Shown in pieces: positions 23,699 through 32,000 of a stretch of 32,000 nucleotides of DNA. Source of the stretch: Nitrosococcus halophilus Nc 4 (GTDB lineage: Bacteria; Pseudomonadota; Gammaproteobacteria; Nitrosococcales; Nitrosococcaceae); the NCBI RefSeq assembly GCF_000024725.1, contig NC_013960.1, positions 672,261-704,260 of the forward strand. Reading direction: 5' to 3'. Each line of letters begins with the position of its first letter. The stretch's first letter is position 1. The translations under genes and the position numbers were made by a program. Below the pieces are notes generated by a model. That model made no database searches, had not been told where the DNA came from, and saw only the letters and a list, made by a program, of their open reading frames with translations.

Positions 23699-25038
23699 AT
23701 GGGGTAAGTGAAGCCTGGCAGTCCTATCTTGATTCCCATGCTCGCCTGGAATCTGAGCAAGTGGGGGCAGTGCAACCCTGGCTTCGAGAATTACGCCAGC
23801 AGGCTTTGGGACAATTCCAGTCCATGGGCTTTCCTGGTCCTAAAAATGAGGACTGGAAGTATACCCGAGTCCGGGCGCTTGCGGAGACCGCATTTACTCC
23901 GGTGGTTTCTTCGCCGGTAGCGGTTAGCTTGGATGAATGTCAGGGGTATTTTTTGCCAGATATGCCTTGCTTTCGCTTGGTATTCGTCGATGGCCGTTTT
24001 GTCCCGGGGTTATCGGAGATTGAGGAACTCCCCCAGGGTGCAGTGGTAGGGAGTTTAGCCGACGGCCTCAAACAGGAGGGAGAAGGTTTACGGAGTGTAT
24101 TCGCCGGTTATGCGGATCATCACAATCAGCCTTTCACGGCGCTTAACACTGCTTTCATGGCTGACGGCGCTTACCTTTATTTGCCTGCCAAGGCGGTACT
24201 GACCAAGCCAGTACATCTCCTCTTTATTACCACCGGGCGAAGTGACGCGGTGGTGACTCACCCCCGTAACCTTATGATTCTCGAACCGGAGAGTGAATTG
24301 ACAGTTATTGAACACTATGCCGGGTTAAATGATGGGGTGTATTTCACTAATGCGGTCACCGAGGTGGTCATGGGAAGGGGCGCCAAGGTTGAACATATCA
24401 AGCTGCAGGAGGAAGCAGCTAAAAGCTTCCATATTGCGACGGTGCAAGTGCAGCAAGAGCAAGACGCTCAGTTCCTCTCCCGCAATTTGGCTTTAGGTGG
24501 CCGGTTGGTGCGTAACGATATCAATAGCGTATTGGGGGGCGAGGGTGCCGGCTGTGTGTTGGAGGGGCTCTATGCTTTGAATGGCGAACGTCATGTGGAT
24601 AACCATACGCGAATTGACCACAAGCAGCCCCATACCACTAGCGAGGAATACTACAAGGGAATTTTAGGCGGTAAGTCACGAGCGGTCTTTAACGGTAAAG
24701 TGATTGTTCACCCCCACGCGCAAAAGGTGGATGCCCGCCAGGCCAACCGCAACCTGTTGTTGTCTGAAGGGACTGAAGTCGATACCAAGCCAGAACTTGA
24801 GATCTATGCTGATGATGTCAAGTGTGCCCACGGCGCCACCATAGGGCAATTAGATAAGGATCAAGTTTTCTATCTTCGTTCTCGGGGCATGGAGGAGAAA
24901 GACGCCCGGCAGCTGCTGACCCATGCTTTTGCCGAGGAAATTGTGAAGCATATTGAATTGCTCCCTGTTCGAAATCGTGTTGAGCATCAATTGGGTCTCT
25001 GGCTTTCCGAGGAACAGCGCCAGGAGGTGGAGCTATGA
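23695..25038 (+). CDS. sufD: Fe-S cluster assembly protein SufD
   Basis: 447 aa. The start overlaps the sufC stop (ATGA). The SufD C-terminal block is [21 protein letters not shown]...[22 protein letters not shown]. Confidence 0.9.
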   Translation: MNGVSEAWQSYLDSHARLESEQVGAVQPWLRELRQQALGQFQSMGFPGPKNEDWKYTRVRALAETAFTPVVSSPVAVSLDECQGYFLPDMPCFRLVFVDGRFVPGLSEIEELPQGAVVGSLADGLKQEGEGLRSVFAGYADHHNQPFTALNTAFMADGAYLYLPAKAVLTKPVHLLFITTGRSDAVVTHPRNLMILEPESELTVIEHYAGLNDGVYFTNAVTEVVMGRGAKVEHIKLQEEAAKSFHIATVQVQQEQDAQFLSRNLALGGRLVRNDINSVLGGEGAGCVLEGLYALNGERHVDNHTRIDHKQPHTTSEEYYKGILGGKSRAVFNGKVIVHPHAQKVDARQANRNLLLSEGTEVDTKPELEIYADDVKCAHGATIGQLDKDQVFYLRSRGMEEKDARQLLTHAFAEEIVKHIELLPVRNRVEHQLGLWLSEEQRQEVEL

Positions 25039-26297
25039 CCATTGGAAATATCGCCGCTAAAGTGCCTATGGCGGGTAGACTTTTTGATATTGAGCGGGTG
25101 CGCGCTGATTTTCCCACTTTGCAGCAGCAAGTGCATGGCAGACCTCTGGTTTATCTAGATAATGCGGCTACGGCGCAAAAACCCAGACCAGTCATTGAGG
25201 CCATCGACCACTATTATCAGTGGGATAACGCTAATATCCACCGTGCTGTGCATCAGCTCAGCGAACGGGCCACCCAGGCATACGAGGCGGCGAGGGATAA
25301 AGTGCAGCGCTTTATCAATGCTGCCCAGCGGGAAGAGGTTGTGTTCGTGCGGGGAACTACCGAGGCAATCAACTTGGTTGCCCAGAGTTTTGGTCGAAAT
25401 CGATTGCAAGCCGGTGATGAAATCCTGCTTTCCCATATGGAACATCACTCTAATATTGTACCGTGGCAGCTCTTGTGCGAGCAGACCGGGGCGGTGCTCA
25501 AAGTGGTCCCCATTAATGATGCCGGTGAGCTGCGCCTAGATGAATATGAAAAACTTTTGTCGCCCCGCACGCGCTTGGTCGCTATGGTTCATGCCTCGAA
25601 TGCTTTGGGGACCATCAATCCGGCGCGAGAGATCATTAAATTAGCCCATGCCCAAGGAGTCCCGGTGTTGCTTGACGGGGCCCAGGCAGTTCCCCACATG
25701 CCGGTGGATGTGCAGGAACTTGACTGTGATTTTTACGCTTTTTCGGCACATAAGATGGTCGGGCCTACGGGGATTGGTGTGCTTTATGGCAAAGGGCAGT
25801 GGTTGGAAGCGATGCCCCCTTATCAGGGAGGGGGAGATATGATCCTGTCGGTGAGCTTTGACAAAACCCTCTATAACGACCCTCCCTATAAGTTTGAGGC
25901 AGGGACGCCCCATATCGCTGGAGCCATTGGTCTGGGTGCGGCGGTGGATTATCTGGAGGCGCTAGGGATGGAGAATGTAGCGCTCTATGAGCAAGAACTT
26001 TCTGCCTATGCCACAGAAGTTTTGGCCCAGATCCCGGGGTTGCGTTTTATCGGCACTGCCCAAGAAAAAGTGGGGGTATTATCCTTTACCTTGGAAGGAG
26101 TTCATCCCCATGATGTCGGAACCATTCTTGACCACGAGGGTATTGCCATCCGCACGGGCCATCATTGTGCCCAACCGGTGATGGATCGCTTTGGGGTTCC
26201 GGCAACGGCAAGGGCTTCTTTTGCGCTTTACAATACCAAAGCGGAAGTGGATGCCTTAGCTGCTGGGATCAAGCGCGTAGGGGAGTTATTGGGATGA
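25035..26297 (+). CDS. sufS: Cysteine desulfurase SufS (class II aminotransferase V)
   Basis: 420 aa with the PLP lysine context [13 protein letters not shown] and the active-site loop RTGHHCAQP. The start overlaps the sufD stop (ATGA). Confidence 0.93.
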   Translation: MTIGNIAAKVPMAGRLFDIERVRADFPTLQQQVHGRPLVYLDNAATAQKPRPVIEAIDHYYQWDNANIHRAVHQLSERATQAYEAARDKVQRFINAAQREEVVFVRGTTEAINLVAQSFGRNRLQAGDEILLSHMEHHSNIVPWQLLCEQTGAVLKVVPINDAGELRLDEYEKLLSPRTRLVAMVHASNALGTINPAREIIKLAHAQGVPVLLDGAQAVPHMPVDVQELDCDFYAFSAHKMVGPTGIGVLYGKGQWLEAMPPYQGGGDMILSVSFDKTLYNDPPYKFEAGTPHIAGAIGLGAAVDYLEALGMENVALYEQELSAYATEVLAQIPGLRFIGTAQEKVGVLSFTLEGVHPHDVGTILDHEGIAIRTGHHCAQPVMDRFGVPATARASFALYNTKAEVDALAAGIKRVGELLG

Positions 26298-26746
26298 ATG
26301 AACTGAGAGATTTATATCAAGAAGTTATTTTGGACCACCGAAAAAAGCCGCGGAATTTTCGTCCCATGGAGAACGCGGATTTTCAGGCGGATGGCCATAA
26401 CCCCTTATGTGGAGATCGGGTCACCATTTTCCTTAAAGTGCATGATGGAGTGATTGAAGATGTAAGCTTTCAGGGGGAGGGTTGTGCCATTTCCATGGCT
26501 TCGGCCTCCTTGATGACCGAAGTTCTAAAGGGTAAGACTTCCCAGGAGGCTGAAGAGTTGTTTGGCAGGTTTCACGACTTGGTAACCGATAATGGGACTC
26601 AGGGTGGTGAAGGGGTATCCTTGGGGAAATTGGAGGTGCTGGCTGGAGTTAGGGAATTTCCCATGCGGGTGAAATGCGCAACCCTTGCCTGGCATACTTT
26701 GCATGCAGCCCTAGAGCATAAAAACCAGGCAGTGACCACGGAATAA
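26294..26746 (+). CDS. sufU: SufU-type (NifU N-terminal-like) sulfur transfer protein
   Basis: The track ORF (26165) extends back into sufS. The real start is ATG 26294, which overlaps the sufS stop (ATGA), giving 150 aa. Blocks [24 protein letters not shown] and RVKCATLAW match B. subtilis SufU closely. Confidence 0.88.
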   Translation: MNELRDLYQEVILDHRKKPRNFRPMENADFQADGHNPLCGDRVTIFLKVHDGVIEDVSFQGEGCAISMASASLMTEVLKGKTSQEAEELFGRFHDLVTDNGTQGGEGVSLGKLEVLAGVREFPMRVKCATLAWHTLHAALEHKNQAVTTE

Positions 26747-26752
26747 TCCGAG

Positions 26753-27304
26753 ATGGATATGTACAATCGTGACCCTATTGTCCTCAATCGTGACTGCGAA
26801 GCAGTACTCGTGCCGATGGCGGATAAGGTAATTATTCCCAAGGACACGGAAGTGATGATCGCCCAAGATTTGGGGGGGAGCTATACTGTTTATGTTAACG
26901 GGAGCCTGGCTCGGATAGCCGGTAAAGACGCGGATGCCTTGGGTTTGGAGCCGGTAGAGCCGCCGACATTGCCTGAGGAAGCCTCCGATGAGGAGATTGA
27001 AGAGCTGGCTTGGGATCAGATGAGAACCTGCTTCGACCCTGAAATTCCCATCAATATCGTGGATCTAGGCTTGGTTTATGAGTGCGCTATTTCCTCCTTG
27101 CCTGAGGGTCGAAAGCAACTAGACATCAAGATGACCCTAACCGCCCCCGGCTGTGGGATGGGCGGGATTCTGGTGCAAGATGTGAAGGAAAAAGTTGAGG
27201 CTATCCCGGCTGTTGAGGTAGCTAATGTCGAACTGGTTTTTGATCCCCCTTGGAATCAGAACATGATGTCTGAGGCGGCCAAGCTCCAGACCGGCATGTT
27301 TTAG
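26753..27304 (+). CDS. sufT: SufT-like Fe-S assembly protein (DUF59/MIP18 C-terminal domain)
   Basis: 183 aa with the DUF59 block CFDPEIPINIVDLGLVY...MTLTAPGCGMG. It is the last gene of the suf cluster. Confidence 0.7.
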   Translation: MDMYNRDPIVLNRDCEAVLVPMADKVIIPKDTEVMIAQDLGGSYTVYVNGSLARIAGKDADALGLEPVEPPTLPEEASDEEIEELAWDQMRTCFDPEIPINIVDLGLVYECAISSLPEGRKQLDIKMTLTAPGCGMGGILVQDVKEKVEAIPAVEVANVELVFDPPWNQNMMSEAAKLQTGMF

Positions 27305-27310
27305 TGGGTT

Positions 27311-27829
27311 TTAGGAGTGCCCAAGCCAGTTTTGGTTCATCTCGGTTTTAATTTGCTTACCCATTATTTCCAGTAAAACTTGGGCCCGTTCTTTTCCATT
27401 GGAGGCCAGCCAGATGCCTTCATGTCCGGCTAATGGTCCTTCTTCGATACGGATTTTTTGCCCCTGTTGAAAGCTGCGGCTTGGCAGATCATGGATGCCA
27501 TCGGGTGATTCATGGGCTTGCAGTTCCTTGATTAGCCTATCCGGCACCTGAGCCGGTTGGTCTCCAAAGCGGACTAGAGCGGTGACTCCGATGGTAGAGC
27601 GTATGGAACTCCAGTTGTCCTTTTCCTTGTCTAGGTGAATGAATAAATAACGGGGAAAGAGGGGTTCAACTACTGTAATGCGCCGGTGAGCACGGCGCCG
27701 TAACTGCCGCACCAAGGGTAGATAAGTCTCAAATCTTTGGCGTTCAAGGTTTTCTTGAGCCAAATGTTCTTTCCGCGGCTTACACCAAATCAGGTACCAA
27801 GATCTTTTAGAAGAAGGGGTGTGTTCCAT
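27311..27829 (-). CDS. NusG-paralogue transcription antiterminator (RfaH-like)
   Basis: 172 aa with an NGN-like N-terminus (WYLIWCKPRKEHLAQENLERQRFETYLPL) and a KOW-like C-terminus (GQKIRIEEGPLAGHEGIW). It is adjacent to polysaccharide genes. Confidence 0.75.
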   Translation of the reverse strand: MEHTPSSKRSWYLIWCKPRKEHLAQENLERQRFETYLPLVRQLRRRAHRRITVVEPLFPRYLFIHLDKEKDNWSSIRSTIGVTALVRFGDQPAQVPDRLIKELQAHESPDGIHDLPSRSFQQGQKIRIEEGPLAGHEGIWLASNGKERAQVLLEIMGKQIKTEMNQNWLGHS

Positions 27830-27889
27830 TTCTGAACTACCTACTTAGCCGGTGTATAGTCTATCGATATTATCATCGCGGCGTTCGGG

Positions 27890-29260
27890 TCAGAGTTTGC
27901 CCAAGGAGGCATCTCCCGCCCGGCCATAATGGTCTTCGAAACGAACAATATCATCCTCTCCCAGGTAACTCCCTGACTGGACTTCAATAATTTCTAAAGG
28001 TAACTTTCCGGGATTCTCCAATCGATGCTGAATACCTATGGGGATATAGGTCGATTGATTTTCAGAGAGCAGGGTGCTTTCATTACCTCGAATCACACGT
28101 GCGGTCCCTCTGACGACGACCCAATGCTCGGCCCGATGATGGTGCATTTGTAAAGATAGCGAAGCGCCGGGGTTTACCGTGATCCGCTTAACTTGGAAAC
28201 GAGTGCCACAATCAATGCTCTCATAACAGCCCCAAGGGCGATATACTTTTCGGTGCTTGATATATTCTTCTCGTCCTCCTTCTTTGAGTTTCGCCACCAC
28301 ATTCTTGACGTGTTGGGCGTGTTCCTTGTGGACTACGAGTACCGCATCCGGTGTTTCAATGACCATGAGGTCTTTTAGGCCAATACCGGCGACCATGCGG
28401 TGTTCTGATAGGATCAAGGTATCCTGGGTCTCTTCAAGGTAAACATCACCCCGGACCATATTGCCATTCTGATCCCGTGGGTTGGCTTCTAGCAGGCTAG
28501 GCCATGCCCCCACATCGGACCAGCCCGCATCTAGAGAAACGACTGCGGGAGGGTGGAGGGTGTGTTCAGTGGTCAGTTTCTCCATCACTGCGTAATCGAT
28601 AGAGTTGCTAGGACAAACTTCAAAGGCAGCGGGTTTTATTCGGAAAAACTCGCCATCCTGAGTCCCCTCTGTCATAGCCTGACGGCAGGCCTGTTCAATC
28701 TCGGGGGCATGGGTCGAAATCTCTTCTATCCATACTGATGCCTGGAGCATGAACATGCCACTATTCCATAGGTGATTAGCCGACTGCAAATAGCGCTGTG
28801 CCGTCTCTTGATCCGGTTTTTCCACGAAAGCTTTTAGGGTAAAAGCGTTCGGAGCGGGCGCTGAAGTAGCAGCCTTTTGGGGTAATGGCTGACCCATTTC
28901 AATATAGCCATAGCCGGTTTCGGCTCGAGTAGGGACAATGCCAAAAGTTACCACGTAGCCGTCTTGAGCGAGCTGATACCCTGCTTGAACAGTGGCTTGG
29001 AAGGTGCCGATATCGTTGATAACGTGGTCTGCCGGCATCACCAACAAGATCCAATCTTCCTCTGATTCCAAAACCGAAAGTGCGGCTAAGGTAAGCGCCG
29101 GCGCGGTATTGCGGCCGAAGGGTTCCAAAATAAGTTGGCGGGGAGCAATCCCGATTTGGCGCATTTGTTCGGCAACTAAGAAACGGTGCTCTTCATTGCA
29201 TACCACCAGAGGAGCGGGCAGCGGGGTATCGAAGGCACTGCCGTTAAGCCGGTCTGCCAA
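27890..29260 (-). CDS. manC: Mannose-1-phosphate guanylyltransferase / mannose-6-phosphate isomerase homologue, N-terminally truncated (possible pseudogene)
   Basis: The ORF aligns by eye with AlgA/XanB from ...PLVVCNEEHRF to the cupin end (QMHHHRAEHW, ENQSTYIP, SGSYLGEDDIVR). It begins at TTG 29260, directly after an in-frame TAG. The N-terminal GGxGxRLWPLS loop is absent. See the finding at 29261-29424. Confidence 0.75.
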   Translation of the reverse strand: MADRLNGSAFDTPLPAPLVVCNEEHRFLVAEQMRQIGIAPRQLILEPFGRNTAPALTLAALSVLESEEDWILLVMPADHVINDIGTFQATVQAGYQLAQDGYVVTFGIVPTRAETGYGYIEMGQPLPQKAATSAPAPNAFTLKAFVEKPDQETAQRYLQSANHLWNSGMFMLQASVWIEEISTHAPEIEQACRQAMTEGTQDGEFFRIKPAAFEVCPSNSIDYAVMEKLTTEHTLHPPAVVSLDAGWSDVGAWPSLLEANPRDQNGNMVRGDVYLEETQDTLILSEHRMVAGIGLKDLMVIETPDAVLVVHKEHAQHVKNVVAKLKEGGREEYIKHRKVYRPWGCYESIDCGTRFQVKRITVNPGASLSLQMHHHRAEHWVVVRGTARVIRGNESTLLSENQSTYIPIGIQHRLENPGKLPLEIIEVQSGSYLGEDDIVRFEDHYGRAGDASLGKL

Positions 29261-29422
29261 TGAGCACTATCGTACCTCCATCTTGTTTAAAAGTTTAGCG
29301 TTTCTGGCCGTAAAAACTTTAAGAAATTGGTTGACAATGCCATGGTCGGTTAATACTGTGCATGTTATGCACCTTCCTAAGGAAGGGATATTTGAGCATA
29401 AATTTTATGGAACTAGAGAATC

Positions 29423-30052
29423 ATGTCCTCGAGTAACACAGTGTGGCACAAGCCCCTCGTTATGCGCGCGGATCGAGAAAGATTAAACGGTCATAAGAGC
29501 GCTATTTTATGGTTTACTGGCCTTTCCGGCGCAGGCAAATCCACTCTAGCCCATGCAGTGGAGGCCCGGCTTTTCCAAATAGGATGCCGAACTTTTGTCT
29601 TCGATGGTGATAACGTGCGCCATGGCCTTTGCGCTGATTTGGGTTTTTCTGAGCAGGACCGTTCCGAGAATATCCGCCGTATTGGAGAAATGTGCAAGCT
29701 TTTTGTTGAATCAGGAGTGATTGCGCTGACCGCATTTATCTCTCCTTTTCGGCACGATCGTCAGCGGGTGCGCGGCTTAGTGGCCGAGGGCGATTTCCTG
29801 GAAATCTATTGCCAAGCCTCTCTGGCTGTATGTGAACAGCGGGATGTGAAGGGCCTTTATAAACGGGCCCGCGCTGGAGAGATTCCAGAGTTTACCGGAG
29901 TGTCCTCACCCTATGAAGAACCAGAAAAGCCAGAGTTGGTGGTCGATACGGGCTCTCAGGCTGTAGAAGAAAATGTAGAGATGGTTATCAATTTACTGAA
30001 ATGCCGGGGCATCATTCCGGAGGAGGCGGCTAGACCCGTGGCTCAAATGTGA
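29423..30052 (+). CDS. cysC: Adenylyl-sulfate (APS) kinase
   Basis: 209 aa with P-loop GLSGAGKST and blocks [10 protein letters not shown]-like [21 protein letters not shown] and [18 protein letters not shown]. Confidence 0.92.
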   Translation: MSSSNTVWHKPLVMRADRERLNGHKSAILWFTGLSGAGKSTLAHAVEARLFQIGCRTFVFDGDNVRHGLCADLGFSEQDRSENIRRIGEMCKLFVESGVIALTAFISPFRHDRQRVRGLVAEGDFLEIYCQASLAVCEQRDVKGLYKRARAGEIPEFTGVSSPYEEPEKPELVVDTGSQAVEENVEMVINLLKCRGIIPEEAARPVAQM

Positions 30053-31461
30053 CTGCGGGGGCCCGGATCAAGCATCATGGAGCCATTGCGGGGGTAACCG
30101 GTTCCTGCCACGAACTCTTTATTGACTCTTACCGCTCGGTGCTCATTGATTGCGGCCTTTTCCAAGGGGTTGAGGCTTCACCTGGAGGGGCCTCTAGGGG
30201 GGCTTTGGAGATTGATTTCGATCTTTCAGCGGTACAGGCTCTGCTAGTGACCCATTGTCATATTGATCATGTCGGTCGTATTCCTTATCTTTTAGCGGCG
30301 GGTTTCGAGGGTAAAATCTATTGCTCTGAGCCTACGGCAGTGTTGCTGCCGTTGGTATTAGAAGATGCGGTTAAGGTGGGCTTTACCCGGAATGAAGAGT
30401 TGATTAGACGCTTTCTTGAGGTCTTGAAAAGTCGAATTAAGCCTGTGGCTTATGGGCGCTGGGTAAAAATACCAGGCAACCGTAAGGCAGCTTCCCTGCA
30501 AGTGCGCTTCCAGCCGGCGGGACATATCCTGGGCTCGGCTTACATTGAATGTAAGGTGGCGAATGGGCGTCAACAGGCGACCACGGTACTGTTTTCTGGT
30601 GATCTCGGGGCGCCTTATGCCCCCCTTCTTCCCGCTCCCAAGCCTGCTTACGGCAGCGATATCCTGATTATCGAAAGCACTTATGGGGATACGCTTCACG
30701 AGGGTCGCCAAGAGCGACATGCCCAACTACAGGCAATCATCGAACGCTGCTTCCGCAATCGGGGTATGGTGCTTATCCCTGCTTTTAGTATTGGCCGGAC
30801 CCAGGAATTGCTCTATGAGCTGGAACAGGTTATCTATCGCTTTGGAGATCGGGAAGTGGCTTCAGGGCTGCGCTGGAGAGACCTGGAAATAGTGGTCGAT
30901 TCGCCTCTGGCTAATCGTTTTACTCGGGTTTACCGAAAACTTAGCAAATTCTGGGATCAAGAAGCTAAAAGGGTAAAAATCCAAGGTCGGCATCCTTTAG
31001 CCTTTGAGCAGCTGACTACCATTGGTAGCCATGAGCAACACTTGGCCACGGTCGCTTACCTGGCTCGAAGTCCGCGCCCCACCGTGGTGATTGCTGCCAG
31101 TGGGATGTGTGCCGGTGGCCGCATCGTCAACTATTTAAAGGCTTTGGTGGAGAACCCCAAGACGGATATTGTTTTGGTGGGCTATCAGGCGGCAGGCACT
31201 CCGGGTCGAGCTATTCAGCAATATGGCCCTCAAAACGGCTATGTTGAACTGGAAGGGCGGCGTTACACCGTCAATGCCCAGGTGCACACCTTAGCGGGCT
31301 ATTCGGCCCATGCGGATCAAAAAGATCTGCTGGGCTTTGTCCGGAGAATGAAAAAAAAGCCGAAAGAAATCCGTATCGTCCATGGGGAACAGAAAGCTAA
31401 AGCGGCCTTGTCAAGGCAACTTCAGCGACTCTTACCTCAAGCACAAGTAAAGATACCTTAA
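30049..31461 (+). CDS. Metallo-beta-lactamase-fold hydrolase of the beta-CASP (RNA-metabolising) family
   Basis: 470 aa. The GTG start overlaps the cysC stop (GTGA). Motifs are [27 protein letters not shown] and [11 protein letters not shown]. Confidence 0.85.
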   Translation: MTAGARIKHHGAIAGVTGSCHELFIDSYRSVLIDCGLFQGVEASPGGASRGALEIDFDLSAVQALLVTHCHIDHVGRIPYLLAAGFEGKIYCSEPTAVLLPLVLEDAVKVGFTRNEELIRRFLEVLKSRIKPVAYGRWVKIPGNRKAASLQVRFQPAGHILGSAYIECKVANGRQQATTVLFSGDLGAPYAPLLPAPKPAYGSDILIIESTYGDTLHEGRQERHAQLQAIIERCFRNRGMVLIPAFSIGRTQELLYELEQVIYRFGDREVASGLRWRDLEIVVDSPLANRFTRVYRKLSKFWDQEAKRVKIQGRHPLAFEQLTTIGSHEQHLATVAYLARSPRPTVVIAASGMCAGGRIVNYLKALVENPKTDIVLVGYQAAGTPGRAIQQYGPQNGYVELEGRRYTVNAQVHTLAGYSAHADQKDLLGFVRRMKKKPKEIRIVHGEQKAKAALSRQLQRLLPQAQVKIP

Positions 31462-31567
31462 GGGGCCATTCGAAAATTTTTCTAAGCCTATGTTCCCTGA
31501 TTCCCATCTAAAGGGCCATGCTGGCTCTGATCCATGTTGAACCCACTGAGAGGGGGGCAGACTCTCT

Positions 31568-32000
31568 ATGTTGCTGCAACATAGCGCTTTATATACCCTT
31601 GCCCGGGGTTTGCCTGGACTGATCAATTTTACCGCCCTAGCCATTTACACTCGTCTGCTTGCCCCTGAGGAATACGGTCACTATGCCCTTGTCATTGCCG
31701 CAGTAGGCCTTGCCAATGCGGTTCTGTTTCAGTGGCTGAATCTAGGACTCCTACGATATCTGGCGCGGTATCGAGATCGCAAACCGATATTTCTGTCTAC
31801 CCTGGTGGCCGGTTATCTGGCGGTGGTAATACTCAGCGCAATGCTGGGGCTAGTTCTGTGGAGCTGCTGGCCAGAGGCCGAGATGCGTGCATTGATTGGT
31901 TTGGGAATCCTTTTTTTATGGGCCCAAGCCCTGTTTGACGCTAATCTACAGATGGCCGCCTCCCAGCTGACTCCCCAGCGCTATGGGTTGTTGGCCATCA
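31568..32000 (+). CDS. Polysaccharide biosynthesis / oligosaccharide flippase-like membrane protein (3' end outside the window)
   Basis: The ORF is open from ATG 31568 to the window edge and is absent from the track because it has no stop. It reads MLLQHSALYTLARGLPGLINFTALAIYTRLLAPEEYGHYALVIAAVGLANAVLFQWLN..., an N-terminus typical of Wzx/Polysacc_synt proteins, followed by further hydrophobic helices. An in-frame TGA lies 24 nt upstream. Confidence 0.6.
   Translation, partial: MLLQHSALYTLARGLPGLINFTALAIYTRLLAPEEYGHYALVIAAVGLANAVLFQWLNLGLLRYLARYRDRKPIFLSTLVAGYLAVVILSAMLGLVLWSCWPEAEMRALIGLGILFLWAQALFDANLQMAASQLTPQRYGLLAI

Noticed and set aside
24667-24675. ops-like sequences for the RfaH-like protein: GGCGGTAAG at 24667, and GCCGGTAGCGG at 23913-23924.
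   Set aside because: Both are imperfect matches located inside sufD coding sequence, far from the polysaccharide genes. No GGCGGTAG was found in the leaders at 27830-27889, 29261-29422 or 31462-31567.
26165-26293. Upstream extension of the sufU ORF ([12 protein letters not shown]...).
   Set aside because: It lies entirely inside the 3' end of sufS in another frame. The SufU homology begins at ATG 26294, which forms an ATGA overlap with the sufS stop.
29372-29386. CCTTCC-TAA-GGAAGG, which resembles CueR-box half-sites.
   Set aside because: As I remember them, CueR/MerR operators have a 7-bp centre within a 19-20-bp promoter spacer. Here the spacer is 3 bp, and the site lies downstream of the candidate -10. 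It is more likely a small 5' UTR hairpin or an unrelated operator.
1-32000. A window-wide scan for CRISPR arrays, IS elements or transposases, integrases, prophage genes, and rRNA or tRNA genes.
   Set aside because: I saw no regularly spaced direct repeats, terminal inverted repeats with a transposase ORF, or RNA gene signatures. The only repeats are the short ones listed as features.

Overview
This 32-kb chromosomal segment comes from a gammaproteobacterium, most likely a Nitrosococcus-type ammonia oxidiser. That assignment rests on AmoC/AmoA/AmoB-type sequences with amoD downstream; AMO and pMMO cannot be rigorously separated by eye.

Gene order, left to right:
- prkA (5' end outside the window), yeaH and ycgB on the + strand.
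- A gap of about 790 bp with no ORF in the supplied track. It holds a near-consensus promoter, a 37-codon membrane-peptide ORF, three stacked stem-loops and a terminator-like hairpin.
- A translationally coupled pair of tail-anchored periplasmic copper proteins: a two-domain multicopper oxidase with its T1 site in domain 1, and a His/Met-rich cupredoxin.
- A CBS-domain protein and serB on the - strand.
- amoC, a strong intrinsic terminator, amoA-amoB, then amoD on the + strand.
- A lipoprotein and a small membrane protein of unknown function.
- trpC-trpD-trpG-trpE, gph and rpe on the - strand, with an 18-codon Trp-rich leader ORF in front of trpE that is missing from the track.
- An Rrf2 regulator followed by sufB-sufC-sufD-sufS-sufU-sufT on the + strand.
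- An rfaH-like gene and a manC-like gene whose 5' end looks degraded, on the - strand.
- cysC overlapping a beta-CASP metallo-beta-lactamase-fold gene, then the 5' part of a polysaccharide flippase-like gene on the + strand.

I recognised no rRNA, tRNA, CRISPR array, transposase or integrase.

The most interesting unexplained signals are the small-ORF / structured-RNA unit at 4476-4949, the copper-protein pair next to the amo cluster, the control region and internal terminator of the amo operon, and the trp leader. All calls come from reading the sequence and from remembered family signatures. No database search or folding program was run.
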